A DNA stretch of 63,517 nucleotides, the filler included, from Octopus bimaculoides (Eukaryota), in assembly GCF_001194135.2 (NCBI RefSeq). It is 6 parts of 6 records of this genome, joined end to end, with 100 filler letters (N's around TTAATTAATTAA, not from the genome) between each part and the next. Parts side by side here need not be neighbours in the genome. Positions count along the whole stretch, not along the records: positions 1 to 31,097 come from NC_068981.1; positions 31,198 to 50,528 come from NC_068991.1; 4 more parts are not named here. One strand, given 5' to 3'. The notes beneath the pieces are model-generated. The model made no database searches and was not told the DNA's origin. It was given only the letters and a program-made list of their open reading frames with translations. Position numbers and translations under genes: made by a program. Of the stretch, positions 25,680-38,199 are shown one piece after another. Each line of letters opens with the position of its first letter. Position 1 is the first letter of the stretch.

Positions 25680-27160
25680 ATATTTAACTATATGATAAGT
25701 ATGATTGGGACTGTTTTTAATGAATTCTTGGGTATCACTTTTGAATGTATCATTTTTAATATTTGCATGTGTGTTATTCTAAGGTCATGGGGGATATGTC
25801 ATTCAAAAGGGGTCTGTATTTTGTGATAAAGAACGACTCTTTATTAATTCTACAGGTTGTATCGTCCCTGAATTGATAGAGGGGAAAAATTCTGAAGCTT
25901 GGATTTTTGTTATTGGTGCAAATGTCGATGTATTGGCTGAATGCTATTTTTGTTTTTCGGAATTTTGATCTGGGATCTGTGCAGAGCCATCCTTTGCCAT
26001 AGACTGTTTTTTGTTTGGCCTATGTATTGCTCTTGACACCCAGAGCAGGTTAGTGTGTATATCAGGTTCTCCAAAGCACATGTGAAGTTGCTTTTCACTC
26101 TGAAATGTTGTCCCTGTTTGAAGGAGAACTCTGATCCCTCAATTAAATCGATGCATACCCCACAGTTGGGTCTTCCACGATTCTTTACTGATGGCTTCAG
26201 TGTTATTGTTGAGCATATTTGGGCTTGTGGTAGGAGACTTTTCATAGATTTGGGTTGTCTCTTGCTTTTTATGATGGTGTGTGTTTGGAGGATTAAGTTC
26301 ATTCTGTGGTCCTTTTTTAGCTGGAGAATGTTTTGAGGGATGGTGTCAAAGGCTTCACTGTTAAGAGGGTTGTGTGTGGAGATGTATGGTAGGGCTTTTG
26401 GTTGTAAATCCTTCTTTAATTTGAGATGTCTGAGTTTGTGGATGTTGAGTTGTAGGGCACGTTGAAAGCATATATCAATTAGTGATGATGGGTAGTTCCT
26501 GATGGGTAGTTCCTGATGGTGAGTGTATCCTCTAGCTCATGTAGTCGTGTGTCCCTGGTGCTTGTATTTGAAACTATAGTACAGAGCCTTTTTGCTAGGT
26601 TGAAAGGGATATTCATTCTAGTGTGTCTGGGGTGGCATGAGTTGAATGGTAGATATTGCTTGGAGTCCATGGGCTTATAGTATATATCTGTTTCTATTAC
26701 GTTGCTAGATTTCTTAATGAGGATGTCGAGGAAAGGAAGTTGTTGATGGCTATATTCCATCGTGAATTGAATGTTTACATAAAGTCCATTTATAAGTGCT
26801 TGAAGTTCTGTAAGTCTCTCTATACTTTCATGCCAAAGGATGAAACAGTCATCCAGGTATCTCTTCCAGTTATTTTCTATGTAGAGGGAGAATGGGTTGC
26901 CGTATTTTTCTAGTACCTTACGATAATTTCTAGACATCCCATGACAAGTTTAGCAAAGGAGGGGCCTTTCTCTTACCCACTGCAGTCCCCGATTTTTGTT
27001 GATAGAAGTTGTCTTTGAAAACGAAGTAGTTATTCTCCAAGATAAATTTTAGCCCTTCTATCACGAATTCTTTTTTGATGCGATGTGGGAGTTCGTTGGT
27101 ATAATTCTCTAGCCAGAATTGAATTGCTTCTATTCCTAGGTTGTGGGGGATATTGGAATA
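25680..27160 (-). mobile_element. Penelope-like retroelement: RT + C-terminal GIY-YIG endonuclease, frameshifted
   Basis: RT motifs QKSGTAVG, WKRYLDDCFILW, IQFTME..LPFLDILI, IYYKP...YL.FNSCHP.H (ORF 26479-26937). GIY-YIG motif NLIYTLTCSGCQEQYIGQT...RMALH (ORF 25910-26302). Confidence 0.88.
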
Positions 27161-27650
27161 NNNNNNNNNNNNNNNNNNNNNNNNNNNNNNNNNNNNNNNN
27201 NNNNNNNNNNNNNNNNNNNNNNNNNNNNNNNNNNNNNNNNNNNNNNNNNNNNNNNNNNNNNNNNNNNNNNNNNNNNNNNNNNNNNNNNNNNNNNNNNNNN
27301 NNNNNNNNNNNNNNNNNNNNNNNNNNNNNNNNNNNNNNNNNNNNNNNNNNNNNNNNNNNNNNNNNNNNNNNNNNNNNNNNNNNNNNNNNNNNNNNNNNNN
27401 NNNNNNNNNNNNNNNNNNNNNNNNNNNNNNNNNNNNNNNNNNNNNNNNNNNNNNNNNNNNNNNNNNNNNNNNNNNNNNNNNNNNNNNNNNNNNNNNNNNN
27501 NNNNNNNNNNNNNNNNNNNNNNNNNNNNNNNNNNNNNNNNNNNNNNNATATATTTATATATATATATATACTTTTTTTAGAATAAATTTTGACTGGCCAC
27601 CTACTTGGTAGCAAGGTGGTGAAGGAAATTGTCTTGTGTTTTCATCATCC

Positions 27651-27884
27651 TTAAACCCCTTTGATATCAACCTGGCTGAAACTGCCTCTTCTGGCTCTGA
27701 GTACAAATGTCTTGTTTTCATAAGTTCCGAATTAAAATCTTCCACCAAACCTTAGTCACAATTTATGTTCCTAAACACTAGTTTAATGATAACTAATTTA
27801 TTTTACTAAATTCTTTGTTATATTAAAGATTAATTGAAAGAAACACTGAGCATCTCAAAATAAATATGGTAACAAAAAGGTTAA
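27651..27884. mobile_element. TTAA-flanked piggyBac-type MITE
   Basis: ttaaacccctttgatatc ... ggtaacaaaaaggttaa; a homologous copy lies at 29834-30259. Confidence 0.55.
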
Positions 27885-28449
27885 AACTTAAGTAGGTCTT
27901 ACAGATTTTTATAGTCCCAGATATCATTATCTGGGGTGGGGGGTGATTGATAGAAGTGATGAGAGTGGTAATTATGACAACGATAAAGAGGAAATGTTAT
28001 AGCTTGTCACACTCTGTTGTCTTTGGTTGAAAAAATCTGAATGATAAAAAGAATTCCACTTATGACTGTTATATTTTTTTTTAACCCTAAGCATAGTGTT
28101 TACAGGACTACATTCTTGACTGCCTTTTCTTTTGTTTTTTAACATTGGGATAGGATTTGAGCGAGATGTGACTGCTACTTCTTGCAAGTCGAATGACCAT
28201 ATAGACAGACTCCCTCATTGGCTCACACCATTTCAACATTAAGCTATTTCTATTTCATACTGTTTCTACATTATAGCTGTAATTGTTTTGTCATTGTTAA
28301 ACACAGCTAGTGCCAATATTTTCAATGTAGTGATGTATGCTCTGTGTATTCTAGTTTTCAGCAGCAGCATATTATGTCTCTGTTTGGTGTAAGGAAGGAT
28401 ATCCAGCAGTAAGATACTGTTTCAAAATATCCTGTTCAACCCATGCCAG

Positions 28450-28675
28450 CATGGAGCACCTGACTGGCATTCGTGCGGGTGACACGTAAAAGCACCTACT
28501 ACACTCTCGGAGTGGTTGGCGTTAGGAAGGGCATCCAGCTGTAGAAACTCTGCCAAATCAGATTGGAGCCTGGTGTAGCCTTCGGGCTCCACCAGTCCTC
28601 AGTCAAATCGTCCAACCCATGCTAGCATGGAAAGCGGACGTTAAACGATGATGATGATGATGATGATGATGATGA
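28450..28675 (+). mobile_element. RTE 3' end with (GAT)n tail
   Basis: Same consensus 3' end. Confidence 0.8.
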
Positions 28676-29833
28676 CACACATATACATATCATCTTCATC
28701 ATCATTTAATGTCCATCTTCCATGCATGCATGGGTAGGGTTGTTCACAGGAGCTGGTTGCAGCACCACCACCAGCACCACCACCACCACCACCACCGTTG
28801 TCATCATCATCGTCATCATTGTAGTCGTCGTCATCATTGTTGTTGTCCGTTGTAGTTGTAGTCATTGTCGTCGTCGTTTTAACGTCCGCCTTCCATGCTA
28901 GTGTGGGTGGGGCAGTTTCACAAGAGCCGACCAGGCAGAAGCCTGCACCAGACTTCTGTGACTGTTTTGGCAGGATTTTTACAGCTGGATGCCCATGCTA
29001 AGAAGGAAGCTGGAATTGGCATCACAAAGGACATCCAGATGTAGAAACTCTGTCCTCATGTACTCTTGTCTGACCCATGTAAGTGTACAAATGTAAGCTT
29101 TAAAACAATGATTACAATGATAATATATATGTGTATATATATGTGTATGTTCATGTATGTATATTTGCATGTCTGTCTGTATGTGCACATGTGTATAGGT
29201 GTGCGTGTGAGCATGTGTCAGATTGTGTGTGTGAGTGTATGTGCATGTGTATGTATGTGTGCATGTGTGTGCACATGTTCGTATGCAAGCAATAAGAACT
29301 GAACCAATTATCATTGCCCGAATCATATTTAGATAATGAGCGGAGAAGAAAGAAATCATGTAGAGACTCCCTTGATGATAAAATTGTGAGTGATAAAGTT
29401 GGTGTTGGTGAAGACATTATTGAAGAGTTCCTATACAAGGGAAATAAGACACTAATCTCTAATGTTTTAGTAGTTCATTTTGTTTTGTTTTCACTTATTA
29501 AAACAAAACAATAAAAATGGGAACAATATAACATTTATAGTTGTTAATATGTAGAGCTTGGTAAGGCGGCAAGTTGGCAGAAATGTTAGCACACTGGGCA
29601 AAATGCTTAGCGGTATTTCGTCTGTGTACGTTTCTGAGTTCAAACTCTGTTGAGGTCAACTTTGCCTTTCATCCTTTCCTCCTGGGGTCGATCTAATCGA
29701 CTGGCCCCCACCTCCCCCAAAATTTCGGGCCTTGTGCCTAGAGTAGAAAAGAATATGTAGAATCTTGTGACATTGTTCATTGATAAATTGATGTCTTGAG
29801 TTCAAACCTTGCCAAAGGCATTGTATTATGTTT

Positions 29834-30259
29834 TTAATCCTTTTGATATCAACCTGCCTGAGACTAACCCACACTTGGTTCTATGATACAAACTTTTTGT
29901 TTTAAAGTGATCTAAATTAAAATCATCCATCAAAATTTCATGCTAATTTACATTCCAGACACCAGCGTGATAATTGTATAAGGTCAGCAATTTTTGTGGT
30001 AGGTGGTTTCTTTGATTACATTGAGCCAAGTACTTGACTGGTACTTCATTCTATCAACCCCAGAGGAATTAAAAGCAAAGTTGATCCAGGTGGGACTCAA
30101 ACACAGAATGTAATGGATTGGAAGAAATTCCACGAAGTATTTTGATCAATGCACTAATGATTCCACCAAGCTCATGGCCAAGATTAATAATAACAAAGTG
30201 TTTTACTAAATTCTATTACTATTTTAAAAATTAATTGAATGGAAAGCAGAAAAGGTTAA
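29834..30259. mobile_element. piggyBac-type MITE with a nested SINE (about 29990-30180)
   Basis: Both ends match 27651-27884 (ttttgatatcaacctg; ttttactaaattct; aaaaggttaa), interrupted by a family B SINE. Confidence 0.5.
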
Positions 30260-30769
30260 TCTCAGAACAATATATTCCTTCCTTGTGCCATTGTTGTTGT
30301 TCTTCTTGTTGTATAGACTTCAGATCAGCCTTGATTGCGTAGACCTATGATCAAAGATGTTCCCTCTGTAAGCATTCTATCTTTTCTTTAGATGCTATGA
30401 ATAAAATACCACATTATCCAAATGTCTTTTCTTTCCCTTTCCTTGAGGTGTGATTTGAAGATTTGATGATTTCCATGAGGTGTGATTTGATGAAAATTTC
30501 ACTCTTATTTCTAGCAGGTTGTTACCTAGTCATGAAGCATTACACACTCTATGTACATATGGTTCAATGGCATCATCCATACAGCTTCGTTCTACTTTGA
30601 CTCCAGCCAAACATAAAACTGAAACACATACAAAGAGATTAGAGGATGTTTATGACATTGTCTGGCTGAGAATAATTTTTATAACTAAAACAAAACTGAG
30701 CTAAGAAATAACTCAAAGTGGTTAGTGGTATGAATTTAGACAACAAAAGGAAGAAATATATACCATATA

Positions 30770-30905
30770 TATCAATGAAACTCTGCCAAATTAGATTGGA
30801 GCCTGGTGTAGCCATCTGGTTGCACCAGTCCTCAGTCAAATCGTCCAACCCATGCTAGCATGGAAAGCGGACGTTAAACGATGATGATGATGATGATGAT
30901 GATGT
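30770..30905 (+). mobile_element. Very short RTE 3' end with (GAT)n tail
   Basis: gaaactctgccaaattagattggagcc...gttaaacgatgatg. Confidence 0.8.
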
Positions 30906-31097
30906 ATATATACATATATATGTAGGAGTGGCTTGCTAACGAACCACATGGTTCCGAGTTCAGTCCCACTGCATGGCACCTTGGGCAAGTGTCTTCTACT
31001 ATAGCCTAGGGCCAACTAAAGCCTTGTGAGTGGATTTGGCAGACAGAAACTGAAAGAAGCCTATCGTATATATGTATATATATATATATATATATAT

Positions 31098-31197
31098 NNN
31101 NNNNNNNNNNNNNNNNNNNNNNNNNNNNNNNNNNNNNNNNNTTAATTAATTAANNNNNNNNNNNNNNNNNNNNNNNNNNNNNNNNNNNNNNNNNNNN
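31098..31197. other. Synthetic assembly spacer: 44 N + TTAATTAATTAA + 44 N
   Basis: Identical 100-bp structure also at 50529-50628, 56803-56902, 59031-59130 and 62390-62489; the 12-mer has stop codons in all six frames. Confidence 0.9.
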
Positions 31198-31535
31198 TGG
31201 CACATGAGATGCACCATTTTGAGCGTGGCCGTTGCCAGTACCGCCTGACTGGCTCCTGTAGGATTTTCGAGCGAGATCGTTGCCAGTGCCCCTGGACTGG
31301 CTTGTGCGGGTGGCACATAAAAGACACCATTTCGAGCGTGGCCGTTTTCGTGCGGGTGACACGTAAAAGCACCCACTACACTCTCTGAGTGGTTGGCGTT
31401 AGGAAGGGCATCCAGCTGTAGAAACTCTGCCAAATTAGATTGGAGCCTGGTGTTGCCATCCGGTTTCACCAGTCCTCAGTCAAATCGTCCAACCCATGCT
31501 AGCATGGAAAGCGGACGTTAAACGATGATGATGAT
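31198..31535 (+). mobile_element. RTE 3' UTR fragment abutting an older endonuclease region
   Basis: Same 3' UTR ending gttaaacgatgatgatgat. Confidence 0.85.
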
Positions 31536-32570
31536 TACAATGGGTATGGCTAGCTCTGCCAGAGTCCTCACAGGCAAAGCACATAAGTATAAACTCTTCT
31601 GGAAAGACAACAGTGATGGAATAGGGGGTGTGGGCATATTTCTTGCAGAGAAATTGGTGGATAAGGTCATAGAGATAGTGATGATGTGCGATAGAGTACT
31701 TAAACTCAGGTTAGTCTTGCAGAATGGTATAGCTACAGTTATTGCTGCCTACGCCCCACAAGCAGGCCTACCAAATAGACAGAAGGATCGCTTTTACGAT
31801 ATTCTTCTGCAGGCTAACTCAAAGACAAGTGACAATGATCTCATCTTTGTGGCTGGAGATTTTAATGGGCATGTTGGGCAGCAACCTGGTATCTTCCATG
31901 GTGTACATGGGGGCCATGAAGTTGGTACCAGAAATGAAGAAGGAACTAGGCTCCTGAAGTTCTGCAATGCAATAACCTGCAACACCAAGTTCAGGAAACT
32001 AGCCAGCTACCTGATAACCTATCAATCAGGTGAATCTGTTAGACAGATCGATTTCATTCTCACCAGACAGCAAGATGCATGGTTGCTCTTAAATACAAAG
32101 ACCCTCCATGGTGAAGATTGTACCCCTGAACATAAACCAATTATTGAATTTAGACTGAAGGCCTGAAGTATACCAAAAACCAGACCAATCTGGTAAAGAA
32201 GAACTTGGAAGCTTAAGAACCCTTCACATGGTCAGAGATTTAGGGATATCCTTCCTGAGAAATTTGATGAGAGGGAAGAGGAATTACAGTCCTGTGACAT
32301 AGAAGGCAGCTGGGAATTCCTGTGAGACAGCTTGCTGTGTGCCACAGACAATATGGTGCAAAGTCCTTTCCAAACCTAGTGTAACATAGTGGTGGAACAA
32401 TATGGTAGACAGAGCCATTAAAGCAAGGAAATGGGCTGGGAAGGCCTGGAAGAGTGGAGGTAGCAGGGGACTGTATCAGATAGCCAAAAGGGAAGCTAGG
32501 AGACTGGTATATATAGCCAAGGGTATTGCAGAAAAGAAGTATGTCAATGTTCAGTGACATGGAGACCAAA
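31536..32570 (+). mobile_element. RTE LINE apurinic-type endonuclease region, degenerate
   Basis: ORF 31525-32166: GGVGIF, AYAPQ.G, AGDFNGHVG, N.EG..LL.FC, NT.F, QIDFIL.R; stops downstream. Confidence 0.85.
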
Positions 32571-33499
32571 GAACTGAAGAGTTTCTACTCCTTTGTAACC
32601 TGTTGTCCTCTGTTCTCTATTCTACTCGCATCTTTCCATTTTCTTATTTCCCATTCTCCATACAATAGACATTCCTTCAATGCTCTGCTTGTTATAACCA
32701 GAAATGGCACTGATGAAAGTAGCATTAATTTTTTTAGGTCCTTCAAGTTTCTTCAATTTATCACTACAGCAATTGTGTAAACTTATCAGTAATGCACCTA
32801 TAATTACTACAGGAAACAACTGTAAAACTAACTCGCTCCAATAAACGAACAATATGTAATGACCATTATTTTTAACTTGTTTCTTATATATCGATCTGTA
32901 TAAAACCAGTTAGTCTGGAACCCAATGTAGTATTGTGATGAACAATAATCTTGGATTCTACCACAGGATTACCTGGAGTTTTTCACTAATCCAATATTGT
33001 TAGCCTGATGTGCCAACAGAGAGCTTATGAAGTATTTTGCCCAGATTGACAATTCCTCACTATCTATTTTTATACATATACATGTATATATACACACATA
33101 CACACCTTTAATTTTTTAGGCATTTGACTGTGGCCATACTAGGCGTCTGCCTTAAGGGTTTTAGTCGAAATCTACCTCAAGACTTTTTTAAGCCAAGTTT
33201 CTTTTGGCCTCTTTTGCCATACTGCTAAGTTAAGGGGATTTAAGCACACTAACACCAGTTGTCAAGTAGTGGTGGGGGACAAACAGACATACACACATAG
33301 AAATATAGTTATATATACATATATAAGATATGGTTCCTTCAGTTTCTATCTATCAAATCCACTCACAAGACTTTGATTGGCCTGAGTAGAAGACACTTGC
33401 CCAAAGTGTCATGCAATGGGACTGAACCCAGAACCATGTGGTTTGAAAGCAAGCTTCTTTATACACACATACATATATATATATAGATACATATGTGTA

Positions 33500-33720
33500 T
33501 GTCTGAGGATGGCTAGAAGTATAGGTCAGTTATGCCATGGAAACAGCTGAGGAGCTTTGCTGGGAGGAGAGGAGCAAGGGAGATCATATGAGTAGTAGGA
33601 TGACTAGTATGGATGTCTTTTGGTCAAGGATTGTTGTTCGGGATGGATGTGGTTGCCACGTGAGTTAAGGGAATTTGCCATTAGGTTCTGACCAGAAGTT
33701 AGGCCAGTAGGGTTCCTACA
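33500..33720 (+). repeat. 5' LTR (221 bp)
   Basis: Shares collinear blocks with 36821-37042: aagtataggt.agt.atg.catg.aaacagctg, tgagttaa.ggaattt, gttctg.ccaga.gttagg, ctaca end. Confidence 0.75.
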
Positions 33721-36700
33721 GATAGATCCCAGCTGGACCCATACCACAAGCTATTTTGGCCCTTGTGCATTTTTCTTTCTGGGCGATATGGCATTAAAAA
33801 TAGGGATTGGTAGTGATGCCATCAGATTCTTCTGTGGCAAAAGAGATGTTATTACACTGGATTCAGAAAATTAATATGTTGGCCAGGCTGCAATGTGGTA
33901 GGTCTCCTGGCTCTGTTTTTAGAATGAAACACATTGACACAGTATCTTGAAATTGACACAGCAGACCAAGAGAAGATCAAATTAAATTTAAAGGATACAT
34001 TCACAGAAGGTTCACACACTGTGTTTACAAAATTAGGAAATGTAAGGTGGATGGGAGAACAGATGGACATGTATGTGGCAGAAATTTGAAGTTTGGCTAC
34101 TCTTTATGGGGGGAAAAGGTGGTGCAGTTGGCATTTATCAGTGCAGCTACAACTGTCAGGCAGTGAGATGAGTGAACTCATCAGTCAAGCTTGTCTGTTG
34201 ACAAGAAACACAGAGAGAAATGTAGTGGTGATCGCATCTATGGAAATCTACAGCATCAAGTGGCAATTAATGATTAAGGAGAGAAGAACCTTCATGGAGT
34301 GGCCATGACTGTTTAAAGAAAAATATTTAGGCGTTGAGGTTTGCACATCACAAGAAACTTTAGGCAGCTGAAACCTTGAAACAATTTGCTACCAGTGCAA
34401 GCAGGCAAGTGATCTAAGAGAAGTTCCTGCCTCACTAACATACTGCAAGCAAGTAGAAGTGCTCATGCAGCTGCTGCCTATAGCGAAATCCTAACTGACT
34501 GTACAACAACCTTAGTGATCCCAAAGGTGACGATATAGTAGAACATGATAAATAATGTAAAGGCAGAGATTAGATATAGAGGTATCAGTGAAGAGGAGAT
34601 AGTAGTGCAAGGAACAAATATAAAGCTGCAAGGAATTATAATCAACCATTTAGTGGATGAAGTTTATGTAGTGATGGGCATAAATATGAGCAACTGTCTA
34701 AGATGTGTTACAGTTAGTGAAGACAGAGTTAGATTTGGTGGTGTGGTGGCATCATATGCAACAGCTTGCAACAGGAGAGTAAGGAGAGCCCCGGAGGGAA
34801 CTTTATTGTACATGCCACTATAGATAAGGATTTTCAGGCTGTGTTCAACAGTTAGCAATGGACAGTTGAATGGTACTGGAAAGGCAAGGGCCTAATGTTG
34901 AGGAACAGGCTAAGCTACCCTGAAAGGAGATGCCAGGAGCAAGTTTGAGGGAGAGGTAGAGAGATGAATCAAGGAGGTTATATATATGTTGCAGCCAATG
35001 AAAGATAAAGTCAGACCAGTACTGGACTTTCAAGAGCTGAATGACTGTATAATGCCACACAGGTCATGATGTTACTGATATCTGCAAGGAAATATTACAA
35101 GAATTGAGAGAGATGATGAGAGCTTCCACAATCGTCGACTTGGAGTCAGCATATTTGGAACTACACATGGCTGAGAAATTTTGGAAATATCAGCTTAGAT
35201 ATAAGGATTAGACATAGTAATTGACTAAGCTGGGACAGGTGGATCAAGGATGGTAAGCAGAGCTGCACTGGGGCTCAAGGGGCTAAGAGACAAGGGTGTA
35301 TATTGGTATTTCTGAGAGGAAATGAAATTCCAGAACTGGACACCAGCATGAACTGTTCTCAATGTGTGGGAAACTGGTGGATCACTATCCAATCACAGGG
35401 TGAATATAAAAACAGCATCAAGAGATGATCTGGGAGAGTGGGAGAAAGCATGGTAATTATGATGTGGAAGATCATAAAAAGGGTTAGAGCAGAAAACCCA
35501 TATGCCCACTTTAGAGAATGAGACCATATGATGCAATGCTAACAGCATAGCAATAGGGGTCATTCTGGAAATAGGGAATGTCAAGGTGGAGGGTGCAGCC
35601 TGGCTTAGGAAAAGGGATGATTGCAACCACATCAATATAGCTGAAGGGAGTGAATCTGGTTCTAAGATGGGGACTGCATACTATTGAGATTCAAACTGAT
35701 TTGGTGAATGTGCTTGGATGGATGGGATTGGTGGTTACTGATAAGAAGAGAATACAAATATAAGCGGTGACAGAGATGTTAATAAAGTGCTGCCTAGGAA
35801 CTTTATGTGAGCTAGCTGCTTAATTTAGTCTGAAATTAAATGTTGTATTTGTGCCACTGGAAAGGAATAAGGCAGACATCCTAACCAAGGTGAAAAAGCC
35901 TGGCTGTCTGTGCCAGAGGATTCAGAACAGAGGATAGCTGCAGTGTGTTGGCTAAGCAACTTAGATTTAAGTAGACTGCATACCATGCATTGTATAGGAA
36001 TGGATAGGACCTAGTCAGGAAAGTTGACTCCAACATTACTTGACAGAGTGTCAGAAAGTGGTTGAGAGTTGTACCAGGTGTCAATCCATCAACTACTGGC
36101 AAGGGTCTTATCTCTCAATGGGGGAATGTGGACTGGGGTGTATGGCGATATGGAAGGGAAGGAAGTCAGGAATTATTGATGAAGTTGCATGAATCCTGAA
36201 TGAGATATTCCCAGAGTGGGGTCCCATGGATGATTACTGATGCACAATGGCACTGCATTTTGGTCAGAAGCACTGAAAGAAAGGCTTGATAAGTGGAACA
36301 CAAACTGCTTCTTCTGAGAGAAGTATAGGCCAAGTGGAAAAAGGATCATGGGGAGGACACCCCTGCACAATCAAGGCCATGTCAGAGAAGGAACATATCT
36401 CACCAACTGAGGTAGTGTTTTGGTATAATATGTTGCCCTGGTTAGGACAGGCTGAGCAGTTAGTGCTACATACAACAATATTCAGATATGGATGGCAACA
36501 TCCATGTATGGTTTGATAGTGACCTGTGAAACAGAGAGAGTCTGTTTTCATGCAGGTAGGGGATGAAGTTTGGGTCAAACCTCAAAATGTGCACTGCACA
36601 TCTCAATGGGAAAAAGGAATAGTAATGGCTGTTAATTTTACGGAATGGCACATCATGTCTTGGATGTCCTCTTGATCATTGATTCATCAGATTGTGAAGG

Positions 36701-36820
36701 AAAAGAGGATGTGAGCAGTACTCTATCTCTGTGGAGGTCACAGCAGGTGATACATCCTCCTAGGTGGATGGCAGATTCTAACGTGGATTGAGGTGATGGG
36801 CTGATCTTTGAGATCAAGCA

Positions 36821-37042
36821 TGTGGGCTGAGGTGCGCCAAAAGTATAGGTTAGTGATGTCATGCAAACAGCTGCGGGGCTTTTTGAAAGGAAAGGAGTGA
36901 GGGAGGTTACGTAAGCAGAAAGATTACTAGCATGGACCTCTTTTGCTTTGGGGCCGTCACTTGGGACATGTAAGGTGGCTGCATGAGTTAAAGGAATTTT
37001 CCAGTATGTTCTGCCCAGATGTTAGGTAGCAGGGCTGCTACA
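36821..37042 (+). repeat. 3' LTR (222 bp)
   Basis: Collinear, diverged copy of 33500-33720; starts TG and ends CA. Confidence 0.75.
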
Positions 37043-38199
37043 GAATTTTAATTTTTACGTTTTTTGAAACAACAAAATCACAAGCACAGATGGAAAGGAT
37101 TGGTACTATGATAGGACCCACGAGGTAGATGAATTACACATTTCCCCCCCATACCACAATATGCTAACACATACACACTATGTTTCCTTTTATTATGCAA
37201 GTCAATCATTCCTCAATAAATTCAAAACCCCTTGTCTGATTTCCTTGAAATTTTTACAGCATTATGTATCTCATGTCTCATGTATTTTTCATCTAAATTG
37301 GTGTACATTTAAAGTGAAAATGAAGAAAAACACCTTTATAGGGTATTTCTTTTTATTATGCAAGTTAACAAATATTATATAAACTACATGTAATGTGATT
37401 TACATATAGAACAATACATAACCATAACATTAATATATATATATGTATATTTTCCACCATATTTACAAACAATCATGTATTAACATTTATAACTTTAAAT
37501 ATTCTCTCATCAACAATCTCACTTTTAATACAAAAATTTCTTTTAGTATTGTGCAATGTTTTTTCCTTTGTATATTAGAGATTCCTGCTTCTTCAAAGAT
37601 TTGCTTGCTGGTTAACCCAATTTTCTTGCATATAATTCTTTTGCGTTAACTTTTGTCTCTATTTGTGATGTTCTTGAAACCCATTTTCTACCTTATTCTT
37701 ACTCTCTCAATGATTTATGCCTGTTTTTTTTTTATTGTTCTGTGATCTCTATTTAGCTTCTTAGAAATTACAATTGTATCCCCTTCTCCCGGTAGTTTCA
37801 CTGTTTCTTTCTTCTTTGATGTTATATCTTTACTTCAACCCATTTCTATATTTCCTGTATCTGAAATTTTAAAAAAAACATTTCAAAATCACATATCACA
37901 TGGAGAAAGCAGTATCTTGTTAACTTGCATAATAAAAAGAAACACCCTATAAAAGTGTTTTTCTTCCTTCCCCTTTTAAATGTACACCGAGTTAGACAAA
38001 AAGTACGAGACATAGTGTACATAATCCTACATATCCCATAGAAATTTTAAGAAAATCGAACTAGGGGTTTTGATTCTATTGAGGAATAATTGACGTGCAG
38101 AATAAAAGGAAACATAGTGTATATGTGCACACATATATAGACACATGCATATATACAACACGGTATTGAATACAGTAACATTGATACAGAGGACTATTC

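Larger units (their letters stand above)
33500..37042 (+). mobile_element. Decayed Ty3/Gypsy LTR retrotransposon with both LTRs
   Basis: TG...CA direct repeats at 33500-33720 and 36821-37042. Internal relics in order: gag-like (33830-34300), protease-like (34545-34730), RT (KVRPVLDFQELN; VDLESAY), RNase H end (NKADILT), integrase (ITD-x-NGTAF; TIKAM; SPTEVVFWYN). Many stops and frameshifts. Confidence 0.8.

Noticed and set aside
3616-27614. ORFs of 250-390 aa dominated by X
   Set aside because: Open only because they run through N gaps and simple repeats.
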